Source: an uncultured Alphaproteobacteria bacterium (GTDB taxonomy: Bacteria; Pseudomonadota; Alphaproteobacteria; ATCC43930; CGMCC-115725). From it: a stretch of 64,000 nucleotides of DNA. The translations under genes were made by a program, and so were the position numbers. The notes below the pieces were generated by a model that did not search any database, was not told the origin of the DNA, and saw only the letters and a list, made by a program, of their open reading frames with translations. This document shows positions 45,669 through 55,283 of this stretch, in pieces (position 1 is the stretch's first letter; every line of letters begins with the position of its first letter). The stretch is from contig OY970069.1 in the NCBI GenBank assembly GCA_963705325.1, positions 4,199,172-4,263,171 on the forward strand. The letters run 5' to 3'.

Positions 45669-45860
45669 ATGTCGGACAACCGGGACGATGACGGCGGCGG
45701 CAGCCGGCGCGGAGCGCTGATCGCGTTGGCGGCGATGGCCTTGATTGTCGTCGCCGGATACTACCTGCTGAACGCGCTGCGCGACGAAGGAAGGCGTGAG
45801 GATTGCCTGATGTCGGGCCGCACCAATTGTGCGCCGCTCGATGTCCCGACGCCCAAATAG
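45669..45860 (+). CDS. small single-TM hypothetical protein (63 aa)
   Basis: MSDNRDDDGGGSRRGALIALAAMALIVVAGYYLLNAL...C..GRTNC. Coding-like GC3. The start is uncertain. Confidence 0.4.
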   Translation: MSDNRDDDGGGSRRGALIALAAMALIVVAGYYLLNALRDEGRREDCLMSGRTNCAPLDVPTPK

Positions 45861-45979
45861 CCCCCGCGCCCGCCGCGCCAATCCGCGCCATACCCATGAC
45901 GAGATCAGGGGCGACATTTCCCCCTAGCATCCTTATATATGCTTGAACGTATCGCTCTGGCTGAGCGCTTGAGAAATTC

Positions 45980-46972
45980 ATGATCGACCCGTTTGGACGG
46001 CACATCTCTTATCTGCGTGTATCGGTCACCGACCGCTGCGACTTCCGCTGCGTCTATTGCATGGCGGAGGAGATGAATTTCCTGCCCAAGCGCGAGCTGC
46101 TGACGCTAGAGGAACTCGATCGCGTGTGCAGCGCCTTTGTCCGCCTCGGCGTCAAGAAGTTGCGCCTGACTGGGGGCGAGCCGCTGGTGCGCCGCGACAT
46201 CATGACCCTGTTCCGCTCGCTGGGCCGGCACTTGAAGTCGGGCGCGCTCGAGGAATTGACCCTGACCACCAACGGTAGCCAACTCGCCCGCTACGCCGGG
46301 GAGCTGCGGGAGTGCGGGGTCGAGCGGGTCAATGTGTCACTCGACACGCTCGATGCGGAAAAATTCGCCGAGATCACGAGACGCGGCCGTCTCGACCAGG
46401 TGCTCGCCGGGCTCGACGCAGCCAAGCGCGCCGGGCTACGGATCAAGATCAACGCCGTCGCGCTGCGCGGCGTCAACGAGGACGAAATCGTCGATCTCGT
46501 CCAATGGTGCGGCGACCAAGGCCACGATCTGGTGCTGATCGAGGTCATGCCGATGGGCGATATCGGCGGCGAGAGCCGGCTCGAGCAGTACCTGCCTCTT
46601 TCCCTAGTGCGCGCGCGGCTGGAGCGGCGCTGGACGCTCGACGAGACCGACTACCGCACCGGCGGCCCGGCCCGCTATGCGACGGTGCGCGAGACCGGGC
46701 GGCGGGTCGGCTTCATCACCCCGCTCACCCATAATTTCTGCGAGAGCTGCAACCGCGTGCGGCTGACCTGCACCGGCACGCTCTATATGTGCCTGGGGCA
46801 GGAGGATGCCGCCGATCTGCGCGCTCCGGTGCGCCAATCGGAAAGCGACGAGCCCTTGGAGCGCGCGATCCACGAAGCCATCGGCCGCAAGCCCAAGGGC
46901 CACGATTTCATCATCGACCGCCGCCACCAGCGGCCGGCCGTCGCCCGCCATATGAGCGTCACCGGCGGGTGA
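45980..46972 (+). CDS. moaA: GTP 3',8-cyclase (molybdenum cofactor biosynthesis A)
   Basis: Radical [11 protein letters not shown] and a C-terminal CxxC..C cluster; 330 aa. Confidence 0.95.
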   Translation: MIDPFGRHISYLRVSVTDRCDFRCVYCMAEEMNFLPKRELLTLEELDRVCSAFVRLGVKKLRLTGGEPLVRRDIMTLFRSLGRHLKSGALEELTLTTNGSQLARYAGELRECGVERVNVSLDTLDAEKFAEITRRGRLDQVLAGLDAAKRAGLRIKINAVALRGVNEDEIVDLVQWCGDQGHDLVLIEVMPMGDIGGESRLEQYLPLSLVRARLERRWTLDETDYRTGGPARYATVRETGRRVGFITPLTHNFCESCNRVRLTCTGTLYMCLGQEDAADLRAPVRQSESDEPLERAIHEAIGRKPKGHDFIIDRRHQRPAVARHMSVTGG

Positions 46973-47736
46973 GCATCCCGCGCATCGCCTTCGTTGCGTC
47001 GGATGCCGAGGCGGCGCAACTGGCCCTCACCGAGCTGCGCCGCGAATACGGGACGATCAAACCCGAGGAAGCCGAAGTCATCGTCCCGCTCGGAGGCGAC
47101 GGTTTTATGCTCGAAACGCTGCACCGCTTCTTCGGCAGGAACGTGCCGATCTTCGGCATGCACCGCGGCAGCGTCGGGTTTCTGATGAACCCCTACCGGC
47201 TCGAGAAATTGGGCGAACGGCTCGCGACCGCGCAGCCGGTGACGTTTTACCCGCTCGAAATGACCACCTGGGACGAACAGGGCGCGACTCAGACGGCGAT
47301 CGCCTTCAACGAGGTTTCGCTGCTGCGCGAAACACGCCAGGGCGCCAAGCTCAAGGTCAGCGTCGATGGCGTCGTCCGCCTTGACGAGCTGATGGCCGAC
47401 GGCATCCTCTTATCCACGCCGGTCGGCAGCACCGCGTACAACCTGTCGGCACACGGTCCGATCATCCCACTCGACGCCGAGATTTTGGCGCTGACCCCGA
47501 TCAGCGCGTTCCGGCCGCGGCGCTGGCGCGGCGCGCTCCTGTCGCACCGCGCCAAGGTGCGCATCGACTGCTTGGAAACCGACAAGCGCCCGATCAGCGC
47601 CGTCGCCGATTTCACCGAGGTACGCGACGTCACCGCCGTCGAGATTTACGAAAAACGCGACGTCTCGGTGACGATGCTGTTCGACCGCGAAGCCAACCTT
47701 CAGGAGCGCGTGTTCAAGGAACAGTTCCTGACCTGA
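46969..47736 (+). CDS. nadK: NAD kinase
   Basis: GGDGFML motif and [17 protein letters not shown]. The GTG start forms a GTGA overlap with the moaA stop. Confidence 0.85.
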   Translation: MSIPRIAFVASDAEAAQLALTELRREYGTIKPEEAEVIVPLGGDGFMLETLHRFFGRNVPIFGMHRGSVGFLMNPYRLEKLGERLATAQPVTFYPLEMTTWDEQGATQTAIAFNEVSLLRETRQGAKLKVSVDGVVRLDELMADGILLSTPVGSTAYNLSAHGPIIPLDAEILALTPISAFRPRRWRGALLSHRAKVRIDCLETDKRPISAVADFTEVRDVTAVEIYEKRDVSVTMLFDREANLQERVFKEQFLT

Positions 47737-47740
47737 ACCC

Positions 47741-48178
47741 TCAGGCCAAATTCAGTGCTTCGCCGGCGAGATCCTCGGCGCGCTCGACCGCGATCAGCAC
47801 CGCGTAGCCCTTCTTGTCCGGGTCACGGTCTTTTTCCGGCTGCACCAGGCGGCGCCAGACTTCCTCGTAGACCGGGCCCGATTTGTAGATCTTCGCGGTG
47901 CCGTAGAAGCGGGCGATGCCGCCGCGCGGCAGCACGCCTTCCTCACGCAAGGACGGCTTGCGGAAATAGATCGTCAGCTTGCTGCCATCCTTCATCGCCT
48001 CGGCCGAGCTGCCGCTGCCGCGTTCCCATAGCCCGATATGCTCGTCGTCATAAACCATCGTGCCGCCGCGCGGGGTAACTTGCGCGAAGCCGTTGGGCAG
48101 CACCGAACCCAGCAGGCAGACGTTCGCCGGAAACGCAGTGTTGATGTGATCGTGCAGGACTTGCGGAATCTTGGCCAT
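47741..48178 (-). CDS. pyridoxamine 5'-phosphate oxidase family (FMN-binding split barrel) protein
   Basis: 145 aa; general family resemblance only. Confidence 0.6.
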   Translation of the reverse strand: MAKIPQVLHDHINTAFPANVCLLGSVLPNGFAQVTPRGGTMVYDDEHIGLWERGSGSSAEAMKDGSKLTIYFRKPSLREEGVLPRGGIARFYGTAKIYKSGPVYEEVWRRLVQPEKDRDPDKKGYAVLIAVERAEDLAGEALNLA

Positions 48179-48196
48179 TGCTAATCCTCCCTGACT

Positions 48197-49096
48197 TCAA
48201 GCCACCTGATCGAGTGTCGAAGCGACGTCTCGGGTCGTCACGCGGCGTAAATCGCGCACCCTGGTCTCGTCATAGTGTCGGCCGCGATGCATCGTCGCGC
48301 GGTTATCCCAGATGACGAGATCGCCAACCCGCCACTCGTGGCGATAGACGAACTTGCGTTGCGTCGCGTGTTCGATCAGCTCGCGCAGCAACAGGCGTCC
48401 TTCCGGCACCGGCATTCCGACGATTTCCGACGCATGCGCGGCGACATAGAGCACCTTGCGCTTCGAGCCAGAGTGGGTGCGCACGACGCGCTGTGGCACT
48501 GGCGGCAGAACCTGCTTCTCGCCAAACAGCAGCTGGTTGAAGCCGAGCTGGCCGCGCGACCAGGAAATGTCGTGCAACGCGACGAGGTCGGCGATCTCCG
48601 CCCTTTGTTGGTCGCTGAGCGCATCGTAGGCGGCGCGCATGTCGGCGAATTCGGTCTCGCCATTGCCCTTCGGACTCGGCCCCGGGACTTGATGGGCGTA
48701 CAACATCGACAGCGCCGCAGGGATACGGCGGAACGAGCCGTCGGTGTGCCAAAGCCGGTTGCCGAGCTGATCAAAGCGGCGCGGATCCTCGCGCCCGCGC
48801 ACCTGGTTCTCCGCGTCGAGATTGGAGATGTCGGCGATCTCCGGGCGCAGCCGGCGCTTGACATTGGCCGCGCCGCTGCGCGGCAGCTCCAGCTCGCCGA
48901 AATTGCGCGCGAACGCCATTTGGCGGTCGTCGTCGAAGGTCTGTCCGGGAAACACCAGCACCGCGTACCGATTAATCGCCGCGCTGAGCGCCGCCACCGT
49001 CGCGGTGTCGAGGGGTTTGCCGGCATCGACCCCAGACACTTCGCCGACGAACAGCGGGTGCAACTGACGAATTGTGAGCTCCACACTGCCTCTCAT
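48197..49096 (-). CDS. TauD/TfdA family Fe(II)/2-oxoglutarate dioxygenase
   Basis: WHTDGSF (the HxD facial triad) and a C-terminal H; 299 aa. Confidence 0.85.
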   Translation of the reverse strand: MRGSVELTIRQLHPLFVGEVSGVDAGKPLDTATVAALSAAINRYAVLVFPGQTFDDDRQMAFARNFGELELPRSGAANVKRRLRPEIADISNLDAENQVRGREDPRRFDQLGNRLWHTDGSFRRIPAALSMLYAHQVPGPSPKGNGETEFADMRAAYDALSDQQRAEIADLVALHDISWSRGQLGFNQLLFGEKQVLPPVPQRVVRTHSGSKRKVLYVAAHASEIVGMPVPEGRLLLRELIEHATQRKFVYRHEWRVGDLVIWDNRATMHRGRHYDETRVRDLRRVTTRDVASTLDQVA

Positions 49097-49953
49097 ATTT
49101 GGGCCTCGACGAATTCGCGCAGCGCGGCGAACAGCCGCGTCAGATCGTCCTGCAACGCGTCGAAGTGCGGCAGCTTTTCGAGGGTGCGCTGATCCATGTA
49201 GAGCGAGCGATCGACCTCGATCTGTAAACTGTGGCGGCGCTCGTGTGGGCGTCCCTGACGGCGCACCAACTCGACCCCTTTATAGCCGTCGTTGACGTGG
49301 ACCTCGTAACCCATGCCGCGCAGCGTCACCGCGACGAAATCGGTGAATTCCGGCGCGCAGGTCGTGCCATCGCGATCGCCGATAACAAAATCGCCGTGCT
49401 CGCCCTTGCGCCCGTGCTTGCGGCTGCCGGTCGACGGCATCGAGTGGGCGTTGACGTGCCACACCGCGCCAAACTGGCCGTGCAGGCGATCGCATGCCTC
49501 GTCGAGCGTCTGGTGATACGGCGCATGATAGCGCTCGACCCGCGCCAGCACCTCGTCGGGGTGCAACTTGCGGTCGTAAATCGGCATGCCGGCTTGGGCG
49601 TAGCGGCGCACGAGTCCGACTCTGGTCGCCGGCCGCAGCGACAGGTGCCCCGGCCATGCCGTCGACAGCAGGTTCGGGTCAAGGTCGTCCGCGGCGCGGT
49701 TGACGTCGAGATAGCTGCGTGGGAACACAGCCGCGATCATCGTCGCGCCGTGATGGGGCGCACCTTCGAACAACTCGTCGACAAAAGCATCCTCCGCCCG
49801 TCGCAACACCTCCAGCGGGCAGCAAAAGCTGAAATCCTCGGGATAGAGCGTACCGCTATGCGGCGAATCGACGACCAGCGGCAGCGTTTCCCCGCTGGGG
49901 TCGCGGCGCCACAGCACCCCCGGAATTTCATGACCGACCGAAAAACCGTTCAT
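49093..49953 (-). CDS. N-formylglutamate amidohydrolase family protein
   Basis: DSPHSGT and the YLDVNR motifs; 286 aa. 4-nt overlap with the dioxygenase start. Confidence 0.8.
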   Translation of the reverse strand: MNGFSVGHEIPGVLWRRDPSGETLPLVVDSPHSGTLYPEDFSFCCPLEVLRRAEDAFVDELFEGAPHHGATMIAAVFPRSYLDVNRAADDLDPNLLSTAWPGHLSLRPATRVGLVRRYAQAGMPIYDRKLHPDEVLARVERYHAPYHQTLDEACDRLHGQFGAVWHVNAHSMPSTGSRKHGRKGEHGDFVIGDRDGTTCAPEFTDFVAVTLRGMGYEVHVNDGYKGVELVRRQGRPHERRHSLQIEVDRSLYMDQRTLEKLPHFDALQDDLTRLFAALREFVEAQI

Positions 49954-50150
49954 TCACGCGCTCGTTGATTGCGACTTTGTTCCATCGCACAACGCCGCCG
50001 CGCAGGAAAGAGGCTCGTCAGCCGGCGAACCGCCTGGAGCGCGGAGAAAGCGGTGGACATCTCCGGATTTCAGCCGCAAAGCGCTAGTCATGCAATGAGG
50101 TTGCAGCCTATCGTGGCGAGCGCAAAACGTTTTGTCATAAAGGTGGATTT

Positions 50151-51317
50151 TTGGCTTCGTCGGCGATTGGTTACAAGGAAATGGTGACGCGGCTCGTGGG
50201 CTTTGACACGACCAGCCGCAACTCAAATCTGGCGCTCATCGAATTCGTCCGCGACTATCTCGACTCCAACAAGGTCACCAGCGAGCTGGTCTTCGCGGAA
50301 GACCGCAACAAGGCCAACCTCTACGCCACGATCGGCCCGCAGGATCGGGGTGGCATTATGCTGTCCGGTCACACCGACGTCGTGCCGGTCGACGACCAGG
50401 ATTGGCGCAGCGACCCGTTCAAGATTGTCGAACAAGAGGGTCGACTGTACGGCCGCGGTAGCGCCGATATGAAGAGCTTCATCGCTGTCGTGCTGACGTT
50501 GGTGCCGGAGCTGGTGCGACGCAAGCTGCGCACGCCGATCCATTTATCGTTTTCGTATGATGAGGAGGTCGGCTGTATCGGTGTGCGCCGGCTGATCAGC
50601 GTATTGGGGCAGCGGCCGAACCGACCACGCCTTGCCATCGTCGGCGAGCCGACGTCGATGCAGATCGGGGTCGCGCACAAAGGCAAGCACGTCTATCGCT
50701 GCCACGTTCACGGCCACGAGGCACACTCCTCGCAGGTCAATTATGGCGTCAACGCCGTCGAGGCGGCGGCGGAGCTGGTCACTCATCTGAAAGCGATGGC
50801 GCGGCGCAAGCGCGATGAAGGCCCGTTCGACCCCGACTTCGACCCGCCCTATACGTCGATCCACACCGGGCTCATCCACGGCGGCACCGCGCTGAACATC
50901 GTGCCCAAGGATTGCGAGTTCGACTTTGAGTTCCGGCCGCTGCCGGGTGAGGACGTCGACGCGCTTATCGGCGAGCTGCGCGACCTCGCGGCGACGAAGC
51001 TGGTGCCGGAGATGCGCGCGGTGCAGCCGCATACGGGCATCAACATTGACGATGTCTCCGCAGCGCCGGCGCTCAGCACGCCGGTCGATGCCGAAGTGAC
51101 GCAGCTGGTTGCCGCCCTCACCGGTGAAAACGCGACCACCAAGGTGGCGTTCGGCACCGAAGGCGGTCTGTTCTCAGCCGCCGGCATTCCGACTGTGATC
51201 TGCGGTCCAGGTTCCATCGACCAGGCACACAAGCCCGATGAATACGTCGAGCTCGACCAGATCGCCCGCTGCGAGGCTTTTTTGAAGCGCCTGATCGACC
51301 GCGTCTCGCAACGATAG
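50151..51317 (+). CDS. M20 family deacylase (ArgE-like acetylornithine deacetylase)
   Basis: LSGHTDVVPV and GRGSADMK motifs; 388 aa. Confidence 0.8.
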   Translation: MASSAIGYKEMVTRLVGFDTTSRNSNLALIEFVRDYLDSNKVTSELVFAEDRNKANLYATIGPQDRGGIMLSGHTDVVPVDDQDWRSDPFKIVEQEGRLYGRGSADMKSFIAVVLTLVPELVRRKLRTPIHLSFSYDEEVGCIGVRRLISVLGQRPNRPRLAIVGEPTSMQIGVAHKGKHVYRCHVHGHEAHSSQVNYGVNAVEAAAELVTHLKAMARRKRDEGPFDPDFDPPYTSIHTGLIHGGTALNIVPKDCEFDFEFRPLPGEDVDALIGELRDLAATKLVPEMRAVQPHTGINIDDVSAAPALSTPVDAEVTQLVAALTGENATTKVAFGTEGGLFSAAGIPTVICGPGSIDQAHKPDEYVELDQIARCEAFLKRLIDRVSQR

Positions 51318-51370
51318 CAACTGCCGCAGCCTGCGGCCATAATTCCAGGCCTTGCCTCAAGGAAAATCGC

Positions 51371-52330
51371 GTGTCCGATCTGAGATACAATGTTGAGCTG
51401 ATTCCACCGGATATTTCCGCCTATCGTGCCGGCAATACCGGGATCGAATACGTCACCACGTTTATTGCGAGCGAGGCCGGGCCGCATGTCGTGGTGATGG
51501 GCTTGACGCACGGCAACGAGATCTGCGGCGCGATCGCGCTCGATGCCCTGCTGCGCGCAGGTCTCCGGCCGCGTAAAGGAACACTAACGCTCGCGTTCAA
51601 CAACGTCGCGGCGTACTTGGAGTTCGACCCGCGCTACCCGGTCGCCTCGCGCTATGTCGACGAGGACTTCAACCGCCTGTGGTCGCCGGCGACGCTTGAC
51701 GGGCCGCGGCGCTCGTCGGAACTCGCGCGTGCCCGCACCCTGCGGCCGATCGTCGATGCCGCCGACTTCCTGCTCGATCTCCACTCGATGCAAAACGCGA
51801 CGGCGCCATTGATGCTGGCGGGGTTGCTACCGAGATCGCGCGAACTCGCGTACTGTGTCGGCATCCCGGAGCTCATCATGTGCGACGCGGGCCATGCCGC
51901 TGGCCCGCGGATGCGCGATTATGGCGGATTTGGTAATCCCACCTCGGCCAAAACCGCCCTGTTGATCGAAGCCGGCCAGCACTGGGAGAAGCGCGCCGCC
52001 GAGGTCGCAACCGACGTTACGCTGCGCTTTCTCGTCGCGCTCGGCACCGTCAAACGTGACGATGTGGCGATGCTGGGCGGACCCGACTTCTCCGCCGCGC
52101 CCAAACAGCGCGTCATTGAGGTGACCGAGGCGGTGACGATCACGGGCGACCGCTTCGAGTTTGCCGGCCCTTTCACGGGCTTGGAGGTCCTCCATGAAAA
52201 AGGCAGCCTCATTGGCCATGACGGCGACCGCGAGGTCCTCACACCGTATGATAATTGTGTGCTGATCATGCCGTCCCGCCGGTTGGTGCGCGGCCAAACC
52301 GCGGTGCGCCTCGGGCGCTACGTCGATTGA
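51371..52330 (+). CDS. succinylglutamate desuccinylase/aspartoacylase (M14-like) family protein
   Basis: GLTHGNEICG zinc motif; 319 aa. Confidence 0.75.
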   Translation: MSDLRYNVELIPPDISAYRAGNTGIEYVTTFIASEAGPHVVVMGLTHGNEICGAIALDALLRAGLRPRKGTLTLAFNNVAAYLEFDPRYPVASRYVDEDFNRLWSPATLDGPRRSSELARARTLRPIVDAADFLLDLHSMQNATAPLMLAGLLPRSRELAYCVGIPELIMCDAGHAAGPRMRDYGGFGNPTSAKTALLIEAGQHWEKRAAEVATDVTLRFLVALGTVKRDDVAMLGGPDFSAAPKQRVIEVTEAVTITGDRFEFAGPFTGLEVLHEKGSLIGHDGDREVLTPYDNCVLIMPSRRLVRGQTAVRLGRYVD

Positions 52331-52839
52331 GCGCTCTCTCAGCAGTCCCTGCGAAGCGGAGTTTCCCGCCCGTCGTCGGCGCGAATCCGCGTGTGCTCGT
52401 GCTCGGTACCCTGCCTGGGGAAGAATCACTGCGCCGAGTCGAATATTACGCCCACCCGCGCAATCTGTTCTGGCCGATTGTCTTTAGCCTTTTCGGCGAG
52501 TCTCCCGCCTCTGCTTATGCCAACCGACTAGCCTTCGTCAGGGCGCGGCAGATCGCGCTATGGGACGTGTGCGCGATGGCCGAGCGCCGCGCCAGCCTTG
52601 ACTCCGAGATTAAGCGCGAGGTGCCGAACACGCTGCACGACCTGCTAGACGCCAACCCGACCATCGCCGCAGTTGCCTTTAATGGCGGCGGCGCCCGCCG
52701 GCTCTATGATCGCCATTTTCGACGCCGGCCTGACCTTGTCTATCTGCACCTGCCGTCGACGAGCCCAGCTCACGCCAGCCTCGGCTTCGCTGAAAAGCTC
52801 GCGCGCTGGCAGGTGGTGCGCGAAGCGGTCGGGGCTTAG
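52327..52839 (+). CDS. DNA-deoxyinosine glycosylase (UDG family 6-like)
   Basis: PRVLVLGTLPGEESLRRVEYYAHPRNLFW. A TTG start at 52327 is assumed (TTGA overlap); the start is uncertain. Confidence 0.65.
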   Translation: MSALSAVPAKRSFPPVVGANPRVLVLGTLPGEESLRRVEYYAHPRNLFWPIVFSLFGESPASAYANRLAFVRARQIALWDVCAMAERRASLDSEIKREVPNTLHDLLDANPTIAAVAFNGGGARRLYDRHFRRRPDLVYLHLPSTSPAHASLGFAEKLARWQVVREAVGA

Positions 52840-55283
52840 CCGTTCGCGCGCGCCTCGCGCCCCTTGGCAAATTCGGCGAGCGCCGCGTCTAGCCGAGCCA
52901 GCTCATCGCCGAGCCGCTGTACCAGGATACTGCCCTGCTCGCGCAACTCGTCGGCGCCGACCTCACGCAGCGACAGCAGCACCTCACACAGCCGGGTCCC
53001 GCCAAGGTTAGCGGCACAGCTCCTGAGCGCGTGGAGTCCGCGCGCAAACCCGGCGCCGTCCGCCGCAGCGGCGGAGCGCACCAGGCGTTGCATGATTTCC
53101 TTGGCGTCGGCGCGGAAGCTGTCGAGCACCTCGCCGAGAAATTCGTCACTGCCGCCGAGCCCGCGCAGCGCTACAACCGCGCGTGCGTCAACGACCGGCG
53201 CTTCGGCAGCAAAGCGGGGATGGGCGGCGATCGGCGTGACCTGAGTTGCCGCAGCCGCGGCATCGGCCGGATCGAACAGCGGCGGCGGTTCAAGCGCGGC
53301 TCCTTGCGGCGTCGAGATGATCACCGGGCGAGCAGGAACACCCTGCCATAGGGGAAGCGCGTGCAGCGCGTTGGCGAAGAGGTGGTACTCGAGCGGCGCC
53401 GGCAGCACCGCGTCCAACTCATCGTCGGCAATCTCCATCAGCCCCCCAATCTGGGCGCGATCGGCAACGAAGAGCACAAAAGACGGCGGCGCCTCGCCGG
53501 TCACCGCGCGATGAGCAAAGCTCAGCGCCGCCAGCATGTGCTGACGCCCATCGACGATCAGCACGCTGCAGGTCCGTGCGTCACGGCGGTCAACAAAGCC
53601 CAGCGTTTTGTCGAAACCGTCGATCCAGCGCGGGTCGGCATTCCATGCGTTCAAGGGCTCGGCAATCTCGCTGGCGAACTGGCTATCCTCGGTGGCAATC
53701 AGCACCAGACAGCGCCCGAGATCGAGCGAGCTGTCCACAGCCGGCTCGTCCAGCTCAAGCAGCACCGTGACGGTGATTGTGCCACCGGCCCCTGAAACGC
53801 TGCCGGTGGCGATCTCGCCACCCATCAGCTCTACCAGACGCCGAATGACAGCAAGTCCGAATGCGCCGTGGTCACCGCCAGCGCGCGCGCCAGACTGGGC
53901 CGCTAATGGGTCGAACAACGCCTCAATATCGGGAGCGGCGATAGGTTCGCCCTGATCGCGCACCATCAAGGACACCCGCACTCGCTGGTCGTCGCCGCCC
54001 GCGGCGTCAACCGTTACTGCGACGGTACCTTCCCCGCTTACTTCGATCGCGCGCGCGACGAGGTAATCCGTAATCTGAACCAGCTGCTGCGGCCAGCCGC
54101 GCAGCCGGTAGGGCAGCCGCGGATCGATGTGGGTGCGCAACCGTAACCCTTTGGCTGCCGCCTCGAGCCGGCGAGCTGCTAGGGCATTTTGGAGCACGCG
54201 ATGCAAATCGAACGATTCGGTTGTCGGCATGAAGGCGCCTGTTTCGATCGCGGTGAAGTCGAGGATGTTTCCGACCTGTGAGAGCAGCGCCCGCGTCGGC
54301 GCCGCCGCGAGAGGCTCGCCCTCATTCACCTGCACAGCGCCGCGACCGACGATCGCTTCGAGCGGCGCACGCAACGCTTCGCTCACCACCATCATGAAGC
54401 GGGTGCGCGCCGCCTGCGCCGATGCGACGGCCTCGCGAAACTTGGCTACCTCATGCACCATGCGGGCGACGTAGGCCGGCAGCGCGATCATCGCGGCGAT
54501 CATCCCACTCGCCAGTAGTGGCTGGTTTTGCCAATACGCGGTTGTCGCGATAACCACACCAAAACCGGCGAGATTGACAGCGGTCGACGCTGCGAGCGCT
54601 ACGATCCCGCGGCTCAGGCCGATTTGAAACGTCGCCAGCAGATAAAGCGGCATCCACGGCACCGTTACCGCGCCGCCGAAGTGCAAAAACGCGGAAATCA
54701 GCGCGGCATCAAACACCATTCCCAGATATTGCCGCGGTGCCGAGGCGGCGAGATCGGTGAGCGCGAGCAGCAGCAACACCCAACCACCGGCGAGTCCGAG
54801 CGCGGCCATGATCGACGCTGCGGAGAGCGCTTCATCCGGCAGAGCGATTGCCATCGCCATCGCGTAGGCGAGCGCGAGTGCGGCGATGATGACACGCAGT
54901 CCCGCCCGTGCGTGCTCGTCGTCACCGCGATTGTCGCAATTGTCACGGAGCCGCTCCAACCCAAGCAGCGTCGTAGCCAGTGCAACCAACGCCGCAGCGA
55001 GGATCAACAGCGCGGTCAGCGCAATCGCTATCGGAACGCCCGCGATCCGCCCGAAATCGCCAGGCCTCATGATAAACCCCAGCGGCGGCAGGATCGCGGC
55101 GAGGCTAAGCGCGGCAACGGCGTAGCGCGCAGGCCAGGCCGACCTCGCATGGCCGGAACCCGTCCTGGCGGGAGGCGGCGCCGGATCCGGCGTCGTGCTC
55201 GTCGAGCGCGCCATAGCCACTCCTTCTTTGCACGGCATCTTCATGGGGCCACTACCCGGCCGAGCGCGCTTCTGCCACCGCAC
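52836..55283 (-). CDS. membrane sensor-like protein: degenerate HisKA/HATPase, degenerate receiver, intact HPt domain
   Basis: The H-box reads VSEALRAPL, against MSHELRTPL in the neighbouring kinase. The N-box Asn is replaced (YLVARAIEV) and G1 reads DQGEPI. The C-terminal HPt motif GLHALRSCAANLG is intact. The start may be 55244 or 55214. Confidence 0.8.
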   Translation of the reverse strand: MRWQKRARPGSGPMKMPCKEGVAMARSTSTTPDPAPPPARTGSGHARSAWPARYAVAALSLAAILPPLGFIMRPGDFGRIAGVPIAIALTALLILAAALVALATTLLGLERLRDNCDNRGDDEHARAGLRVIIAALALAYAMAMAIALPDEALSAASIMAALGLAGGWVLLLLALTDLAASAPRQYLGMVFDAALISAFLHFGGAVTVPWMPLYLLATFQIGLSRGIVALAASTAVNLAGFGVVIATTAYWQNQPLLASGMIAAMIALPAYVARMVHEVAKFREAVASAQAARTRFMMVVSEALRAPLEAIVGRGAVQVNEGEPLAAAPTRALLSQVGNILDFTAIETGAFMPTTESFDLHRVLQNALAARRLEAAAKGLRLRTHIDPRLPYRLRGWPQQLVQITDYLVARAIEVSGEGTVAVTVDAAGGDDQRVRVSLMVRDQGEPIAAPDIEALFDPLAAQSGARAGGDHGAFGLAVIRRLVELMGGEIATGSVSGAGGTITVTVLLELDEPAVDSSLDLGRCLVLIATEDSQFASEIAEPLNAWNADPRWIDGFDKTLGFVDRRDARTCSVLIVDGRQHMLAALSFAHRAVTGEAPPSFVLFVADRAQIGGLMEIADDELDAVLPAPLEYHLFANALHALPLWQGVPARPVIISTPQGAALEPPPLFDPADAAAAATQVTPIAAHPRFAAEAPVVDARAVVALRGLGGSDEFLGEVLDSFRADAKEIMQRLVRSAAAADGAGFARGLHALRSCAANLGGTRLCEVLLSLREVGADELREQGSILVQRLGDELARLDAALAEFAKGREARANG

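Noticed and set aside
45861-45979. Moco riboswitch upstream of moaA
   Set aside because: The spacer is only about 120 nt, and I could not find the conserved Moco-motif helices or loops. This is not excluded without a covariance-model search.
55214-55283. 32-nt overlap between the two sensor genes as a definite feature
   Set aside because: It depends on using the most upstream ATG of the 815-aa ORF. In-frame ATGs at 55244, 55238 and 55214 would remove the overlap, so only close coupling is claimed.
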